DNA of 63,100 bases, filler included, from Octopus bimaculoides (GCF_001194135.2; 5 parts of 4 records of this genome joined end to end with filler, not necessarily neighbours in it); one strand, 5' to 3'. Positions 10,936 through 23,562 are shown, numbered from the whole stretch's first letter. Notes: a model not told the origin generated them from the letters alone. Numbers and translations: made by a program.

Positions 10936-13900
10936 TAAGTCAGTACCGAAACTGTTTGCTGTGTGATTCTCGTTCAGGCAGAATATGCCCAGATCTATGT
11001 ACACAGATATTAACAAAATATTGCAATGTAATAACTAGGCTTTACTATTACAGTGTAAACTGCCAGTATTTACTGTCGAACGTATAAAGAATAACAGAAA
11101 GTGGTAGAAATATGTGACCAAATATTAATTTTTTTTTCATTTCTTTTTTTTTTCTTTTTTTTTTTGCTTAAGCATTCCACGAAAATGAAACTACATCGTT
11201 GTAATTCTATAAGGCGAAAATCAATAAATAATGTCTAGCTTGAGTAAATTCGTTGTCAGCAGCTGAGAACATTATAGCTAAAGGGAGCAACAGAATGATT
11301 GTTGAAATATGACAGCGTTGAAATACTTTAGTCCATTTAAGTAGGATTGAGTGGCCACTTGTAAGGAGGGTGTTGTGTAAACATACAGAGGTAGTGGGTG
11401 ACTGAGATATACAAATGCTTTCATAAACACATAAACGCGCACACATAGATATATTAACGGGTGTATGTGTATGTGCATTTGCGTGAGCGAATGTGTGTGA
11501 GGTGTGAGCTGCTTCTACGAACTATAGAATGAAATTTTTAAATCACACCAAAAATTCATATAGACATTTCCATTCACAGACATGCGCACACACAATCACG
11601 TGTGCACACTCATACGTTTACACAAACATATGTGTATATATGTAAGTATGTGTGCATGCATGTATATGTATGTATATTTCGCTTACTCATATGCCGAGTG
11701 GATCATCTTGTGTCAGATACTCTAGGAAAAGAAATGCAAACTGTCAAAGCCATTTTTAAGATGTACACGCAGCTCGGTATGTGGTGGAGAAAGTTCCCGG
11801 TGGTCGAATAGCTTTTTGGGTGAAAAACAGGAGTATCTAGAATCTGAATCGATGTGAACACGAAAATACATAGGACCTGAAACGTGGTTATAATTAGATT
11901 CATCAGCTTTATCTAGAGAAATATATTTCTGAAAGATGGTGCTGATGTGGTAAACGCAACACTGGATCGTTTAAATTACGACCTGTCAACTTGTGTAATC
12001 TCACATAGACAGCATTTTCCGCAGCATATTTTCTGTTCTTAAAACTGATGTCTTTTACAATGGAATGTTGCAGCGATGGAGAAGATTCCAATTGTATCAA
12101 ATGTGTTTGGGAAGACATTTTGTTGCCAACCCATGTATTACAATCACAAACTCTTGCTTTCAGATTTCATATTCCCTTCACATAGATTCTCGAGTCTGCG
12201 CTTTCTGACGCTTTTCTCTTTATCATTGTAGTGATGGGCCCCTGGGCAAGCTATATCGATATAGCTATCTTTCTGTAACTCTACATATCTATCTACCCAT
12301 CTAGCGAACAACATGTCTCTCTATTAACCTAACTATTAATCTACCATTAATAAATAGAAAAGTATTACAATTAAGAAATATCAAATATCATATAATAAAG
12401 ATATAATATTGTTACTAATAGTTTGTGATAGTTATTCAGTCCAACCCAGTTCTAAGGTATGAAGCATAGAATGTGCCTATAAGTATACATTTTAAAATAT
12501 GAAAAGTGAAAAGTAATATTTTTAAAAGAAGGTAAAAATTTAAATATAAGATACATTAAAGTAAATTTGAATAGTATAGAAATAATGTAATATTTAAAAA
12601 TATAGAGTACAGGATGATGTAAATGTGAATGTAAAAAATATCGTATAAATAGACGATTCTATAATAAAGAGAAATGTAAAATATAAGTAAGAGATTGTAA
12701 ATTGAATGAAAATCAGAGTCAATAAAAAAAAATTGATTGACATACATAACTTATCAATTATACAATGTAAACTATAGAATATAACCGCAAAGGTACATCT
12801 TGAAATATAAAAATTAAAATAAAATTATAAATAGAATATATGTAAGATAAAATCAAAAAATATTAAAATAAAATATATAGAAAACAACATTAGGTTAAAG
12901 TCAAGGAAGAAAAATGTCTTCTAAATATATATGCTACCATTAATAAGGAGAAAAGTAAACACAGTTGAGAAATATCAAATTGAAGGAAATTCAAACTCAA
13001 TTGTCTGGGATGTAACCTTGGTTAAATGTGTTCCATAGAAAAAGGAAGCATTGAGTGTGACATAAATGAAGTAGTTTTATTGAAAGGATAGTGTAAAAGA
13101 GATAGTGCAAAGTGTATTTTAGAAATTTGTAATCTAAAGATAATCCACAAAGAATATAGGACTAAGGTAAAGAAATGAAGCAAAGTATAAAGTAAAAAAA
13201 AAAAAGAACTGAATCCTCTTACGAAGAAAACACAGCTAATGGTTGAATACGTGATCCTTATAAAAGAAAAGTGTAACTCACGGTTTGAGATGTAAACGTA
13301 GTTAATAGGTGTTTTAAAGGAATGCTCATCTACTGAGACAACCACGTAGAAATTATTTGCAGTTCATAACAGCGAGAACCACGCTACAGCAGAGAGCGCA
13401 TATCCCGCTTAAAGTTATTTAGTTTCGCCTATGTAATTATATACCTTTTTAGATTTGAGGGCGGAACAGTTGTTAAGCACCATTATCTAGGAGATATTTA
13501 TTTTGTAGATGACACACCGCCGGTCTTCTAAAATTACACATATTTCTGTCCCGCGTAATGGCATTTCCCTCACGTCTGATAAAATTGTCAATACGGTGAT
13601 ACGGGATATATACATTATATATATTTTCGCTAAAACAATCAATGGTTTAATTCCACCTTACCCTTAGTTTTTTGTTTTACATATAGAAACCTTAAATATG
13701 TGTCCTCAAATTGCTTGAGGATACTCAGTCAAAATTTTTCATCTCACGACATACCATATGTGACCCATTAAAGTATCAATATTTAGTAATACAGTTTCAG
13801 ATGCAGAGATGTAGAATCAATCATTTGAATAACACTGGTTGTTTCATTAACACATCTATATCTTATTAACTCTACTTAATCCCTTCACTATTTATGTATT

Positions 13901-14736
13901 ATATTTTCTGAACTCTGAACTTGTGGATTTATTTGTTGAAGGCTATTTAAAGGAACTCAATCTTTATGCATCTACTTAATGGAAATTCAGGAAAAATTGT
14001 TGGATGATATATGAACACTAACAAATACGCTAAAAAGGAATTTTAAGTAATTAATGTAGATTGTATGAAACTACATTTTATTACAGTAGTTACAGATTAA
14101 TGTCGTTTTGCATATCACTATCGAACGTATTCGGCATTTAAAGACTAGGTACAAATGTCTTCTCTGGGAAAGGAAAATTGAGAGTGACCTCATCATATAT
14201 TACAAAGACTTTGATATAAACACTGGGAACGAGTAAGGGAGTTTCGATTTGTAATATAGCATGTTTTATAACATTATACTGCTGAACACTTTTCTCCATT
14301 ATTTTAGTGACAAATGACGAATGAAATACGAGACAAGGTTAGACCTGAGACAATAAAGATTTGGAGCTCGTCCAAGTATGTACCATGAACAATATCACTC
14401 AAAATATATCTAAATATATATCTCTAACACGTCTTCATTAACTTCGCCTTGATATATTTCCTTGAGGACCCATAGCATAATGTAAGTCTATCTATATTGT
14501 AATGATTTCTGGCTTTGCTCTTCCATAAATAGCAGTAGATAAAAAAAGGTCATTAGTTTTGATGTTTCCTTACAGAAGTACATAAATATATTATTTCTAT
14601 GATAAGTAACATGAAGTAAAATCTGTCTGAGTGAGCGAATCTCAAATTCGGTTTGATTTAGTAGTGAAAATATATGTAAATATGATTTTATTCTAGATAC
14701 GTATTTAGAAGTGTTTGTATACGGATAGAGATATTC

Positions 14737-14777
<41 letters not shown>

Positions 14778-14800
14778 AAGATAGATAGATAGATAGATAT
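14737..14800. repeat. (GATA)n microsatellite abutting the Tx1-like element 3' end
   Basis: Directly visible tetranucleotide run. Confidence 0.95.
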
Positions 14801-15842
14801 CTTTTTATTATAGCCACACAGGGCTAAATACAGAAAATGGACAAATTACAAAGTAGAGCTTTTGGTGGGGGGGATAATTTGGATCAAANNNNNNNNNNNN
14901 NNNNNNNNNNNNNNNNNNNNNNNNNNNNNNNNNNNNNNNNNNNNNNNNNNNNNNNNNNNNNNNNNNNNNNNNNNNNNNNNNNNNNNNNNNNNNNNNNNNN
15001 NNNNNNNNNNNNNNNNNNNNNNNNNNNNNNNNNNNNNNNNNNNNNNNNNNNNNNNNNNNNNNNNNNNNNNNNNNNNNNNNNNNNNNNNNNNNNNNNNNNN
15101 NNNNNNNNNNNNNNNNNNNNNNNNNNNNNNNNNNNNNNNNNNNNNNNNNNNNNNNNNNNNNNNNNNNNNNNNNNNNNNNNNNNNNNNNNNNNNNNNNNNN
15201 NNNNNNNNNNNNNNNNNNNNNNNNNNNNNNNNNNNNNNNNNNNNNNNNNNNNNNNNNNNNNNNNNNNNNNNNNNNNNNNNNNNNNNNNNNNNNNNNNNNN
15301 NNNNNNNNNNNNNNNNNNNNNNNNNNNNNNNNNNNNNNNNNNNNNNNNNNNNNNNNNNNNNNNNNNNNNNNNNNNNNNNNNNNNNNNNNNNNNNNNNNNN
15401 NNNNNNNNNNNNNNNNNNNNNNNNNNNNNNNNNNNNNNNNNNNNNNNNNNNNNNNNNNNNNNNNNNNNNNNNNNNNNNNNNNNNNNNNNNNNNNNNNNNN
15501 NNNNNNNNNNNNNNNNNNNNNNNNNNNNNNNNNNNNNCTGCACGAGTGCGTGCAGAACGGTTTCGTCGCTCTGACCGCATCTCGGGCAGGTCGGTCCGGT
15601 GGTTTTCGAACCGTGTCTGTAGATCTTCTCTCGAACTGGTAGTGCGTCTCGATAGCATTGCCAAGCCAGGGATCTCTGGAAATTATCCATAGGCCCCGGC
15701 CCGAACGTCGTCTTGAAAAGGCGGGTTAAGAATTTCTCGTCGACACCCAGGTTTGCCCCGAGAGTGTCGTCAGACCTCCCCTCCACTAGTCCTCTATAGA
15801 ACGCATTGGTCGTTTGGAAGTTGCACAAGTTTGATCCCGGAC
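14799..15842 (-). mobile_element. 5'-truncated L1/Tx1-clade LINE: C-terminal zinc-knuckle region of ORF2 plus 3' UTR (middle is an N gap)
   Basis: Translation LAWQCYRDALPVREKIYRHG...PTCPRCGQSDETVLHALVQ is a typical L1/Tx1 C-terminal C-x2-C...H motif. Across the gap the sequence ends in AATAAAAAGA. Linking the two sides of the gap is inference. Confidence 0.8.
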
Positions 15843-16592
15843 GATAGATATATAGATAGATAGATAAATAGATAGATGGAAAGATGATGCACATGTATAT
15901 ATGCATATATTTGTAGGCACATATGCGTATATATATATATGTATATATATGCTGGTCTATACTCATTGACCATTTGACTGAAAGTAAATATGTCATGTAT
16001 TTATAACTCAAAGTGTGTAGCACTTACTATTTGTAAAGAATCAATAGTTTTCATAAAATGAGGTTTTGTATTTATCATACGCCGTATACATTCATACATA
16101 CATACATACATAAATACACGGTGGTGCATCAGCATGGCCGCAGCTCTGAGCTGAAACTTTGAANNNNNNNNNNATATATACATGCTGTTTTACTTCATAT
16201 TTATTTACAATATCTCGACTCATGCAGCCTTGTATTAATACTGATTGTATTGTACTAAGAGCAAACGTTCAGTAAATAATAACTGTCGTTTCAACACTGA
16301 ATTTCAATAACAATTCCAAGCTATTAAATACACACCTAGACAGTAACCCACGCATGTGCTCATATATGTAGATAAAGTGTATAGCGCAAATATGTGAAAT
16401 ATACTGAAAATAAATATTTGCAAAATCCACAAAATGTTCAAATTTTTTAGGGAAAAAGTTTAGTAGATTTAAAGTACATTCATGAATTGTAGTATCTATT
16501 GACACAGTAGTAACATAATTAGAAATTCCTTGTCTATCAGCATACATATTTCATCAATGTCAGTATAAAATTTGTATGCGCATAACTATATC

Positions 16593-16666
<74 letters not shown>

Positions 16667-16707
16667 CATATATGCGTATGTGTGTGTATGTATATATATG
16701 TATATAT

Positions 16708-16770
<63 letters not shown>

Positions 16771-16870
16771 NNNNNNNNNNNNNNNNNNNNNNNNNNNNNN
16801 NNNNNNNNNNNNNNTTAATTAATTAANNNNNNNNNNNNNNNNNNNNNNNNNNNNNNNNNNNNNNNNNNNN
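16771..16870. other. Artificial contig/scaffold spacer
   Basis: 44 N + TTAATTAATTAA + 44 N. Confidence 0.95.
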
Positions 16871-16899
<29 letters not shown>

Positions 16900-16910
<11 letters not shown>

Positions 16911-17125
16911 TGTGTATCTTTGTGCCCGTGTTTGTCCCCCACCACTGCTTGTCAACTGGTGTTGGTGTGTTTATGTCCCTGTAACTTAGCAGTTCAACAA
17001 AAGAGACCAACAGAATAAATAACAGGTTTAAAATGTAGGTCCTGGAGGCAATTCATTCAACTAAAAGGTTCTTCAAGGCGTTGCTCCAACATGGCCATGG
17101 TCTAGTGACTGAAACAAGTCAAAGA
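16900..17125 (+). mobile_element. SINE group A, 3' half
   Basis: TTTGTCCCCCACCACTGCTTGTCAACTGGTGTTGG...GACTGAAACAAGT. Confidence 0.8.
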
Positions 17126-17357
17126 TAGACCCATTCTCTCCAAAGAAATCAGACATGTTCCTTTGTCAGAAAGAGATCACTTTTCCTATTTGATTAAAAT
17201 CTGTCAGACTTTTTAATAAGATATTTGTTTCTAATATTGAAATGTGGCTACAATTTTATTTCTTTCTCTTATCTTTTACCTTGTTTCATTCATTGGACTG
17301 CAGCCATAATAGGGTGCTGCCATGAAAGATTTAGATGAACCAGTAAAGGCACATTCC

Positions 17358-17660
17358 TTAGTGGTTAGGGTATCTGGCTCATGATTGTAAAGTCATGAGT
17401 TTAATTCCCAGTTGCACATTGTGTCCTTGAGCAAAACACTTGGTTCCATGTTGCTCCAGTCCAGTCAGTTGGCAAAAATGAGTTGTAGGTGTTATTCAAA
17501 GGGCCAGCCTTGTCACTATTTGTGTCATGCTGAATCTCGCTGAGAAGAGTACATGTGTCTGTGGAGTACTCTGCCACTTGCCTGTTAATTTCATGAGCAA
17601 GCTGTTCTGTTGATCGGATCAACTGGAACGTTTATTGTCCTAACTGACAGAGTGCCAGTT
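17358..17660 (+). mobile_element. tRNA-derived SINE group C (tail type 1)
   Basis: AGTGGTTAGGGT...CTCATGATT head, CTTGAGCAAAACACTT middle, and tail CAAAGGGCCAGCCTTGTCAC...GATCGGATCAACTGGAAC...GAGTGCCA shared with 23176-23562. Confidence 0.8.
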
Positions 17661-17689
17661 TAAGTTAAACAAATTAACCTCAGTATTTA

Positions 17690-18220
17690 TTTTTTTCAAT
17701 GCCTAGTACTTATTATACTGGTCTATTTTGCTGAACTGCTAAGTTTCAGGGAAATGTAAACAAACTAGCTCTGGTTGTCAAGCAGTGGAGATGGAAAGAA
17801 ACACTGACACAAAGACACACACAAAGACATTGTGTGTGTATGTGGCAAACTTCCTCACAGTTTCTGTGAACTATTGGGTTGTCCAGAAAGTCCGTGCCGA
17901 TTTATAGTAGCTTACCTTTCAACTTATTTGCCATGAAACCACCTCATTTCTGGGAAGAGGGTATTTTCAAGTTAAAGGAAAGATGGAGACGCATTGTGCA
18001 ACAAAATGGTTCATATTTCGTTGATTAAAAATGTAATGGTAAGTATTTATTGACCCTTTTCTTTCCTTTAAAAATTGGCACAAACTTTCCGGACAACCCA
18101 ATACATCTATTCACAAGATACTGGTTGGCTCTGGTCTATAGTAGACACTTGCCCAAGGTGCAGTGCAGTGGGACTGAACCTAAAATCACATGGTTGCAAT
18201 ATGAGCTTCTTAAGCAAACA
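17690..18220 (-). mobile_element. SINE group A copy split by a mariner insertion
   Basis: SINE sequence stops at CAGTTTCTGTGAAC (17870) and resumes at CATCTATTCACAAG (18104). Confidence 0.75.
17874..18101 (+). mobile_element. Internally deleted mariner (Tc1/mariner) element, MITE-like
   Basis: TIRs of about 30 bp (TTGGGTTGTCCAGAAAGTCCGTGCCGATTT / AAATTGGCACAAACTTTCCGGACAACCCAA), TA target duplication, transposase C-terminal remnant FWEEGIFKLKERWRRIVQQNGSYFVD*. Confidence 0.9.
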
Positions 18221-18667
18221 GTCATGCCTTTATTATTTATGTTTTGTCTTGTTGTATGTGGGCTGGAATGGTTAGTCAATGAAATCAACTCCATAACTTA
18301 GTTGGTACTTTATCGATCTTGGAAGGATGAAAGGTAAAGTTGACCTTCACAGGATAAGAACTCAGAATGCAAAAAGCTGGAATAAATACTGCAAAATATT
18401 TTGTCAAAAATGAGTTGTACCTGTAATTCAAAGAGCCAGCCTTGTCACTATCTGTGCCATGCTGAATCTCCCTGAGAAGGGTACATGTGTCTGTGAAGCG
18501 CTCTGCCACTTACCTCTTAATTTCTTCCAGTTCATTGTCCATTGATTAAAATAATAAAAATTATCTTAACCCTTTAGCATTCAGATTACTTTATGAAATG
18601 TAATACTGATTTGTTCACATTGCTTTGAATTAGTCATGCATGATCTTGTAGCTTCAAGATTTCCATG

Positions 18668-18670
18668 GTG

Positions 18671-18710
<40 letters not shown>

Positions 18711-18755
18711 TTAACACCCACCTCCCATGCTGGCACGGGTTGGATAGTTTGACTT
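18668..18755 (-). mobile_element. RTE LINE 3' terminus with (GAT)n tail
   Basis: Minus strand ...CCAACCCGTGCCAGCATGGGAGGTGGGTGTTAAATGATGATG, the same end as the RTE at 58946. Confidence 0.75.
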
Positions 18756-19038
18756 CTGCACCTGCCCTATTCACCAGATTTAGCACCTGTGGATTTCCAT
18801 TTCTTTCCCAAGATGAAAATGCAGCTCAAAGGTTGCTGTTTTAATACCGTTGTTGAGATCAAGAGCGAATTGCAGAAGGTCCTTGACTCATTTATGAAAA
18901 ATGATTTCCAGACTGGACTCCAAAAGTGGCAGGAATGCCAGGACCAGTGTATTGCTGTGCAAGGTGATTATTTTGAAGGAGATAATGTTAAAATTTAGGT
19001 AATTAAGTTCTTCGGGAACTTTTTGATACCAGTTTGTA
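18755..19038 (+). mobile_element. Mariner transposase C-terminal fragment with probable right TIR
   Basis: HLPYSPDLAPVDFHFFPKMKMQLKG...WQECQDQCIAVQGDYFEG contains the mariner YSPDLAP motif. Confidence 0.9.
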
Positions 19039-19044
19039 TATATA

Positions 19045-19195
19045 CATAGAAGAGCTTCTTTCAGTTTCCATCTCCCAAATTCACTCACAAGGTTTTGATT
19101 GGCCTGAAACTATAGCAGAAGACACTTGCCCAAAATACCATGCAGTGGAACTGAACCCAGGACCATGTGGTTGGGAAGCAAGCACATGCCTGACT
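19045..19195 (-). mobile_element. SINE group A, 5' half
   Basis: CTTCTTTCAGTTTCCATC...GAAGACACTTGCCCAA...GAACCCAGGACCATGTGGTTGG. Confidence 0.8.
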
Positions 19196-20032
19196 ATATT
19201 TCTAATATATGTGGCTTATAGGTTATCAATTAATTTTGAAAATAATCAACAATTTGGATGCATTTAGTAATACAATACTTAACTTTTCCTTTATTAAGAT
19301 TAGACAGGTTGGTATTAAAAAAGTGGATGTGTAATTCAAATCAAAATGAAATCACGACTATGATAAATATAATATCATATATACACAAGAGACAAACAAA
19401 ACTATTTTTATATTTCTTTTCTGTTGATGACTTGATATATCATCTACTTATATCGTTTGCTCTCATCATTACAATATTTTGTCTGCTCTGATGCTATCTC
19501 TTGGTAGTCGCATTCATCATCTCTTCTTTCTGTTGACAGCAGTGTCTACCCTTTCTCTCACTTTCTCTGTCCCTCCTCCTCCATCCTTCTCCCTTTCTTT
19601 CTCTTTTCTCTCTAGTAGTAGCTGTTCATTTTTTTTCTTCTCTCTGTGTCTCTCTGCTGCTTAGCTGTATACGTTTTGTGGCTATTCACTTTCTTTGTAT
19701 CTATATTTCTTCTGCTCTCAAGTTGTCCCTCACATCAGTTCTCTTTTCTTCCACTCTTCTCCATTGTTAGCTTCAAAACAACACATACACCATCACACAC
19801 GCACACACACACACATATACACATATGCACATACACAAGCACATACACGTACACATACAAGCAGACATATTTTTTCATTAGTTTCAGTCATTGGACTGCA
19901 ACTATGATTTAGCATCACCTTCAATGGTTTAAAAGTCTACCATATCGACACCAGTATTTATTTTATTGATCTCTGTTTCTTGATTTGATATGGGACATAA
20001 GCAAATACAATACAAACAACAGCAATGGTTTT

Positions 20033-20074
<42 letters not shown>

Positions 20075-20077
<3 letters not shown>

Positions 20078-20310
20078 CCTAGTGGTTATGATGTTGCAAT
20101 CATAATCACAAGATCATGGTTTCGATTCCCATACGAGTGGTGCGTTGTGTTCTTGAGCAAAACACTCCATTTTGTGTTGCCTGGGTCTGTTCAGCTGCAA
20201 ATGGGCCTGGCCACCTAGCCAGTAAGGTGACATCTTTTGAAAGCTACAACAATGCGAGGAAGTGCATTGTGACCAGTGGTGTATAACAACATCTGAAAGT
20301 CTGATCAATA
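20075..20310 (+). mobile_element. SINE group C (tail type 3)
   Basis: TGGCCTAGTGGTT A-box, GGTTTCGATTCCC B-box, TTCTTGAGCAAAACAC middle, and a distinct tail ending GACCAGTGGTGTATAACAACATCTGAAAGTCTG. Confidence 0.75.
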
Positions 20311-20599
20311 CAGTTTTGTGTGTGTGAGTGAGTGAGTGATCATTATCATTTAATGTTGGTGGAATTTCAATTCAGAACATAAGGACAGACAAAATGTTGC
20401 TAAACATTTTGCCCAGCGTGCTAATGATTCTGCCAGTTTATTAACTACATAAAATTATAATCAATGTCCACAAATTCATAAAATTGCTTTAAATGTATTG
20501 TTCTTTTAGCTGGTATGTTTTGGATACAATATTTTCTACATCAAATTTCAGTTTTCTTATAGTAAACCTTATTGCATTGTACAAAATATAAGCTAGACC

Positions 20600-20732
20600 A
20601 ACTTACTTACAGGCATGGCAGAGGTAGACGCATAGCTGTGTGATCATGAAGCTAGGCAAGTGTCTCTCCTATAGTCCAGGACAACCCAAAGCTTTCTGAG
20701 AGGACTTGGTAGATGGAAACTAAAAGAAGCTC

Positions 20733-20782
<50 letters not shown>

Positions 20783-21012
20783 TGTCCATGCTTTGACATT
20801 GTTGATAGTTGTAAATGACTGCATCATCATACAAACATTGTTATTCACTTCCAATATTTTGTGGAAACATGGCTGGCCTTGTGGGTATATTTCCTTGCTT
20901 GGAAACAAGTGAGGATTAGTGATAGAAAGGATATCTGGCCATAGAATATCTACCTCAATAAGTTCCATCTTACTCACACAAGAATGGTAAAGTGGATGTT
21001 AAAATGATGATG
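20600..21012 (+). mobile_element. SINE group A head plus microsatellite, joined to an RTE-like tail ending GGATGTTAAAATGATGATG
   Basis: Head and (TG)n as in group A; the 3' part differs and matches 27790-27985 on the minus strand. Confidence 0.7.
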
Positions 21013-21244
21013 AAAGTTCTGTTTATCCATTAATTATTGGTAAATACTGTTGTGGCTTTGCATAGTTTACATATATATTGGTACCAGTGTTTAGTCACTT
21101 TATTCAGATCCAGGCCTGATGTCTCTAGTGAAGTTAGTAACCAAGGATTCATTGTCATCATTATAAAAGCCACATAACACATGACTTTCACAAAACAAAG
21201 GTAGCTCACAACTATTGGGAAACATTTAGTTGAATCTCTGTTTA

Positions 21245-21570
21245 AAGCAGGCATGGCTGTGTGGTAAGAAGCTTGCTTCCAAACCACATGGTTCTGGGGC
21301 AAGTGTCTTCTACTATAGCCTTGGGCCAAACAAAGATTTGTGAGGGGATTTGGTAGAGAGAAACTGAAAGAAGCCTGTCATATGTATGTATGTTGACAAC
21401 TGGTGTTGGTGTGTTTATAGCCCTATAACTTAGTGGTTCGACAAAAGAGACTGACAGAATAAGTAGCAGGCTTTAAAAAATAATTACTATGGTCAATTCA
21501 TTCAACTAAAAGTTCTTCAAGGTGGTGCCCCAGGATGGCCACAGACAGAAACAAGTAAAAGATAGAAGAT
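21245..21570 (+). mobile_element. SINE group A
   Basis: GCAGGCATGGCTGTGTGGTAAGAAGC...GAAACAAGTAAAAGATAGAAG. Confidence 0.85.
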
Positions 21571-21584
21571 ACTCCAAATGCCTT

Positions 21585-23042
21585 TGTACAAAAATATGGC
21601 TCAGTGATTCTACCAGCTTGCCGCCTTCATAATAATAGTAATAATGCTCCTTTCTGCTATAGGCACAAGGCCAGAAATTTAGTGGGAGGAGGCTAGTTGA
21701 TTACATCAACCCCAGTATGGAACTGGTACTTATTTTATTGATCCCAAATGGATGAAAGGCAAAGCTGACTTCAGTAGAATTTGAACTCAGAATGTAAAGC
21801 CAGAAGAAATGTCATCAAGCATTTTGTCTAGCATGCTAAAGTAATAATAATGATTTCAAATTTTGGTACAGGGCCAGCAATTTTAGGAGAGGGGTTAAAT
21901 CGATAACATTGAACCCATTACTCAACTGATACTTATTTTGTCGACCCTGAAAGGACGAAAGGCAAACTTGACCTTGATGGAATTTGAACTCAGAATGTAA
22001 AGACAGACAAAATGCCTCAAAGCATTTTGTCCAGCATGCTAACGATTCTGCCAGGTTGCTGACTTAAATAATAGTAACAATAATGGTTTCAAATTTTGCC
22101 ACAAGGGCAGCCATTTTTGGGAAGGGGGCAGATCGATTACGTCAACCCCAGTGTTCAACTGGTACTTATTTTATTAACCTCGAAAGGATGAAAGGTAAAG
22201 TGGACCTCAGTGGAATTTGAATTCAGAACGTAGAGACAGACGAAATTCCACTAAGCATTTTGTTCAGCATGTTAATGGTTCTGCCAGCTCACTGCCTTAA
22301 TAATAATAATAAAGATAATATTAATAATCCTTTCTATTATAGGCACAAGGCCTGAAATTTGTGGGGAGGGGTTAAGTCAATTACATCGGCCCCAGTACTT
22401 GACTGGTACTTAATTTATCAACCCCAAATGGATGAAAGGCAAAATCGACCTTGGCAGAACTTGATCTCAGAACATAGTAATGGGGGAAATACCACTATAA
22501 GCATTTTGCCCGGCGTGCTAACAATTCTGGCAGCTCACCACCTCCAATAATAATAAAAATAAGCATAATAATAATCCATTCTACTATAGGCACAAGACCT
22601 GGATTCTGTGGGGAGGGGGACAGTCGATCACATCGACCCCAGTACTCAACTGGTACTTAGTTTATCAACCCCGAAAGAATGATAGACAAAGTCGACCTCC
22701 ACAAAATTTGATGAAATACCTCTAAGCATTTTGCCCAGCATGCTAACGATTCTACCAGCTCATTAATAATAATGATGATGATAATACTAATACTTGCTCA
22801 AGGAACCTCATAATGGAACTGAACTTGTAACTATGTGGTTGGGAAACAAACATCTTAGCCACACAGCCACAATAACGGTTTCAGATTTTGGCACAAGGCC
22901 AGCAATTTTAGGAGTTGGGGTAAGTTGATTACATCAACTCCAGGTGAAGCAGACCTCAGCAGAATTTGAACTCAGAACTTGAAGAGCCTGAAGAAATGCT
23001 GTTAAGAATTTTGTCTAATGAGCTAACAATTCTGCCAGCCTG
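21585..23042 (-). mobile_element. Head-to-tail array of six SINE group B copies plus a partial head
   Basis: Repeated units GGCACAAGG...GATTACATC.ACCCCAGT...AACTGGTACTTA...GATGAAAGG.AAAGT.GACCT...GAATTTGAACTCAGAA...CTAA.GATTCTGCCAG separated by (TAA)n-rich tails. Confidence 0.9.
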
Positions 23043-23175
23043 TTACCACCTGAGCTTATTGTATACAGTGCTCAGGTGCACTGCAGCTTGCTGAAAAATG
23101 GATAAAAGAGAGGAAAGAAAGAAGCAGTGAGTCAAATACAGAAAGACAGTAATGATAGTCAAGTGTACATGCATA

Positions 23176-23562
23176 TTTGTTGTTGGCACTCCGTCGCTTA
23201 TGACGTCGAGGGTTCCAGTTGATCCGATCAACGGAACAGCCTGCTCATGAAATTAACGTGCAAGTGGCTGAGCACTCCACAGACACGTGTACCCTTAACG
23301 CAGTTCTCGGGGATATTCAGCGTGACACAGTGTGACAAGGCTGACCCTTTGAATTACAGGCACAACAGGAACAGGAAGTAAGAGTGAGAGAAAGTTGTGG
23401 TGAAAGAGTACAGCAGAGTTCGCAACCATCCCCTGCCAGAGCCTCGTGGAGCTTTAGGTGTTTTCGCTCAATAAACACTCACAACGCCCGGTCTGGGAAT
23501 CGAAACCATGATCCTATGACCGCGAGTCCGCTGCCCTAACCACTGGGCCATTGCGCCTCCAC
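23176..23562 (-). mobile_element. Full-length, relatively young SINE group C (tail type 1) with TSD
   Basis: A-box TGGCCCAGTGG, B-box GGTTTCGATTCC, (CAA)n tail, 11-bp TSD GTACATGCATA (23165-23175 and 23563-23573), CpGs retained. Confidence 0.95.

Noticed and set aside
21585-23042. CRISPR-like or satellite array
   Set aside because: The units are diverged SINE copies of about 200 bp that also occur dispersed; there is no short repeat/unique spacer structure and the DNA is eukaryotic.
23490-23562. Functional tRNA gene (also 39933-40005 and the SINE-A heads)
   Set aside because: A and B boxes are present, but the sequence continues into SINE body, with no complete acceptor stem or terminator, and is flanked by TSDs.
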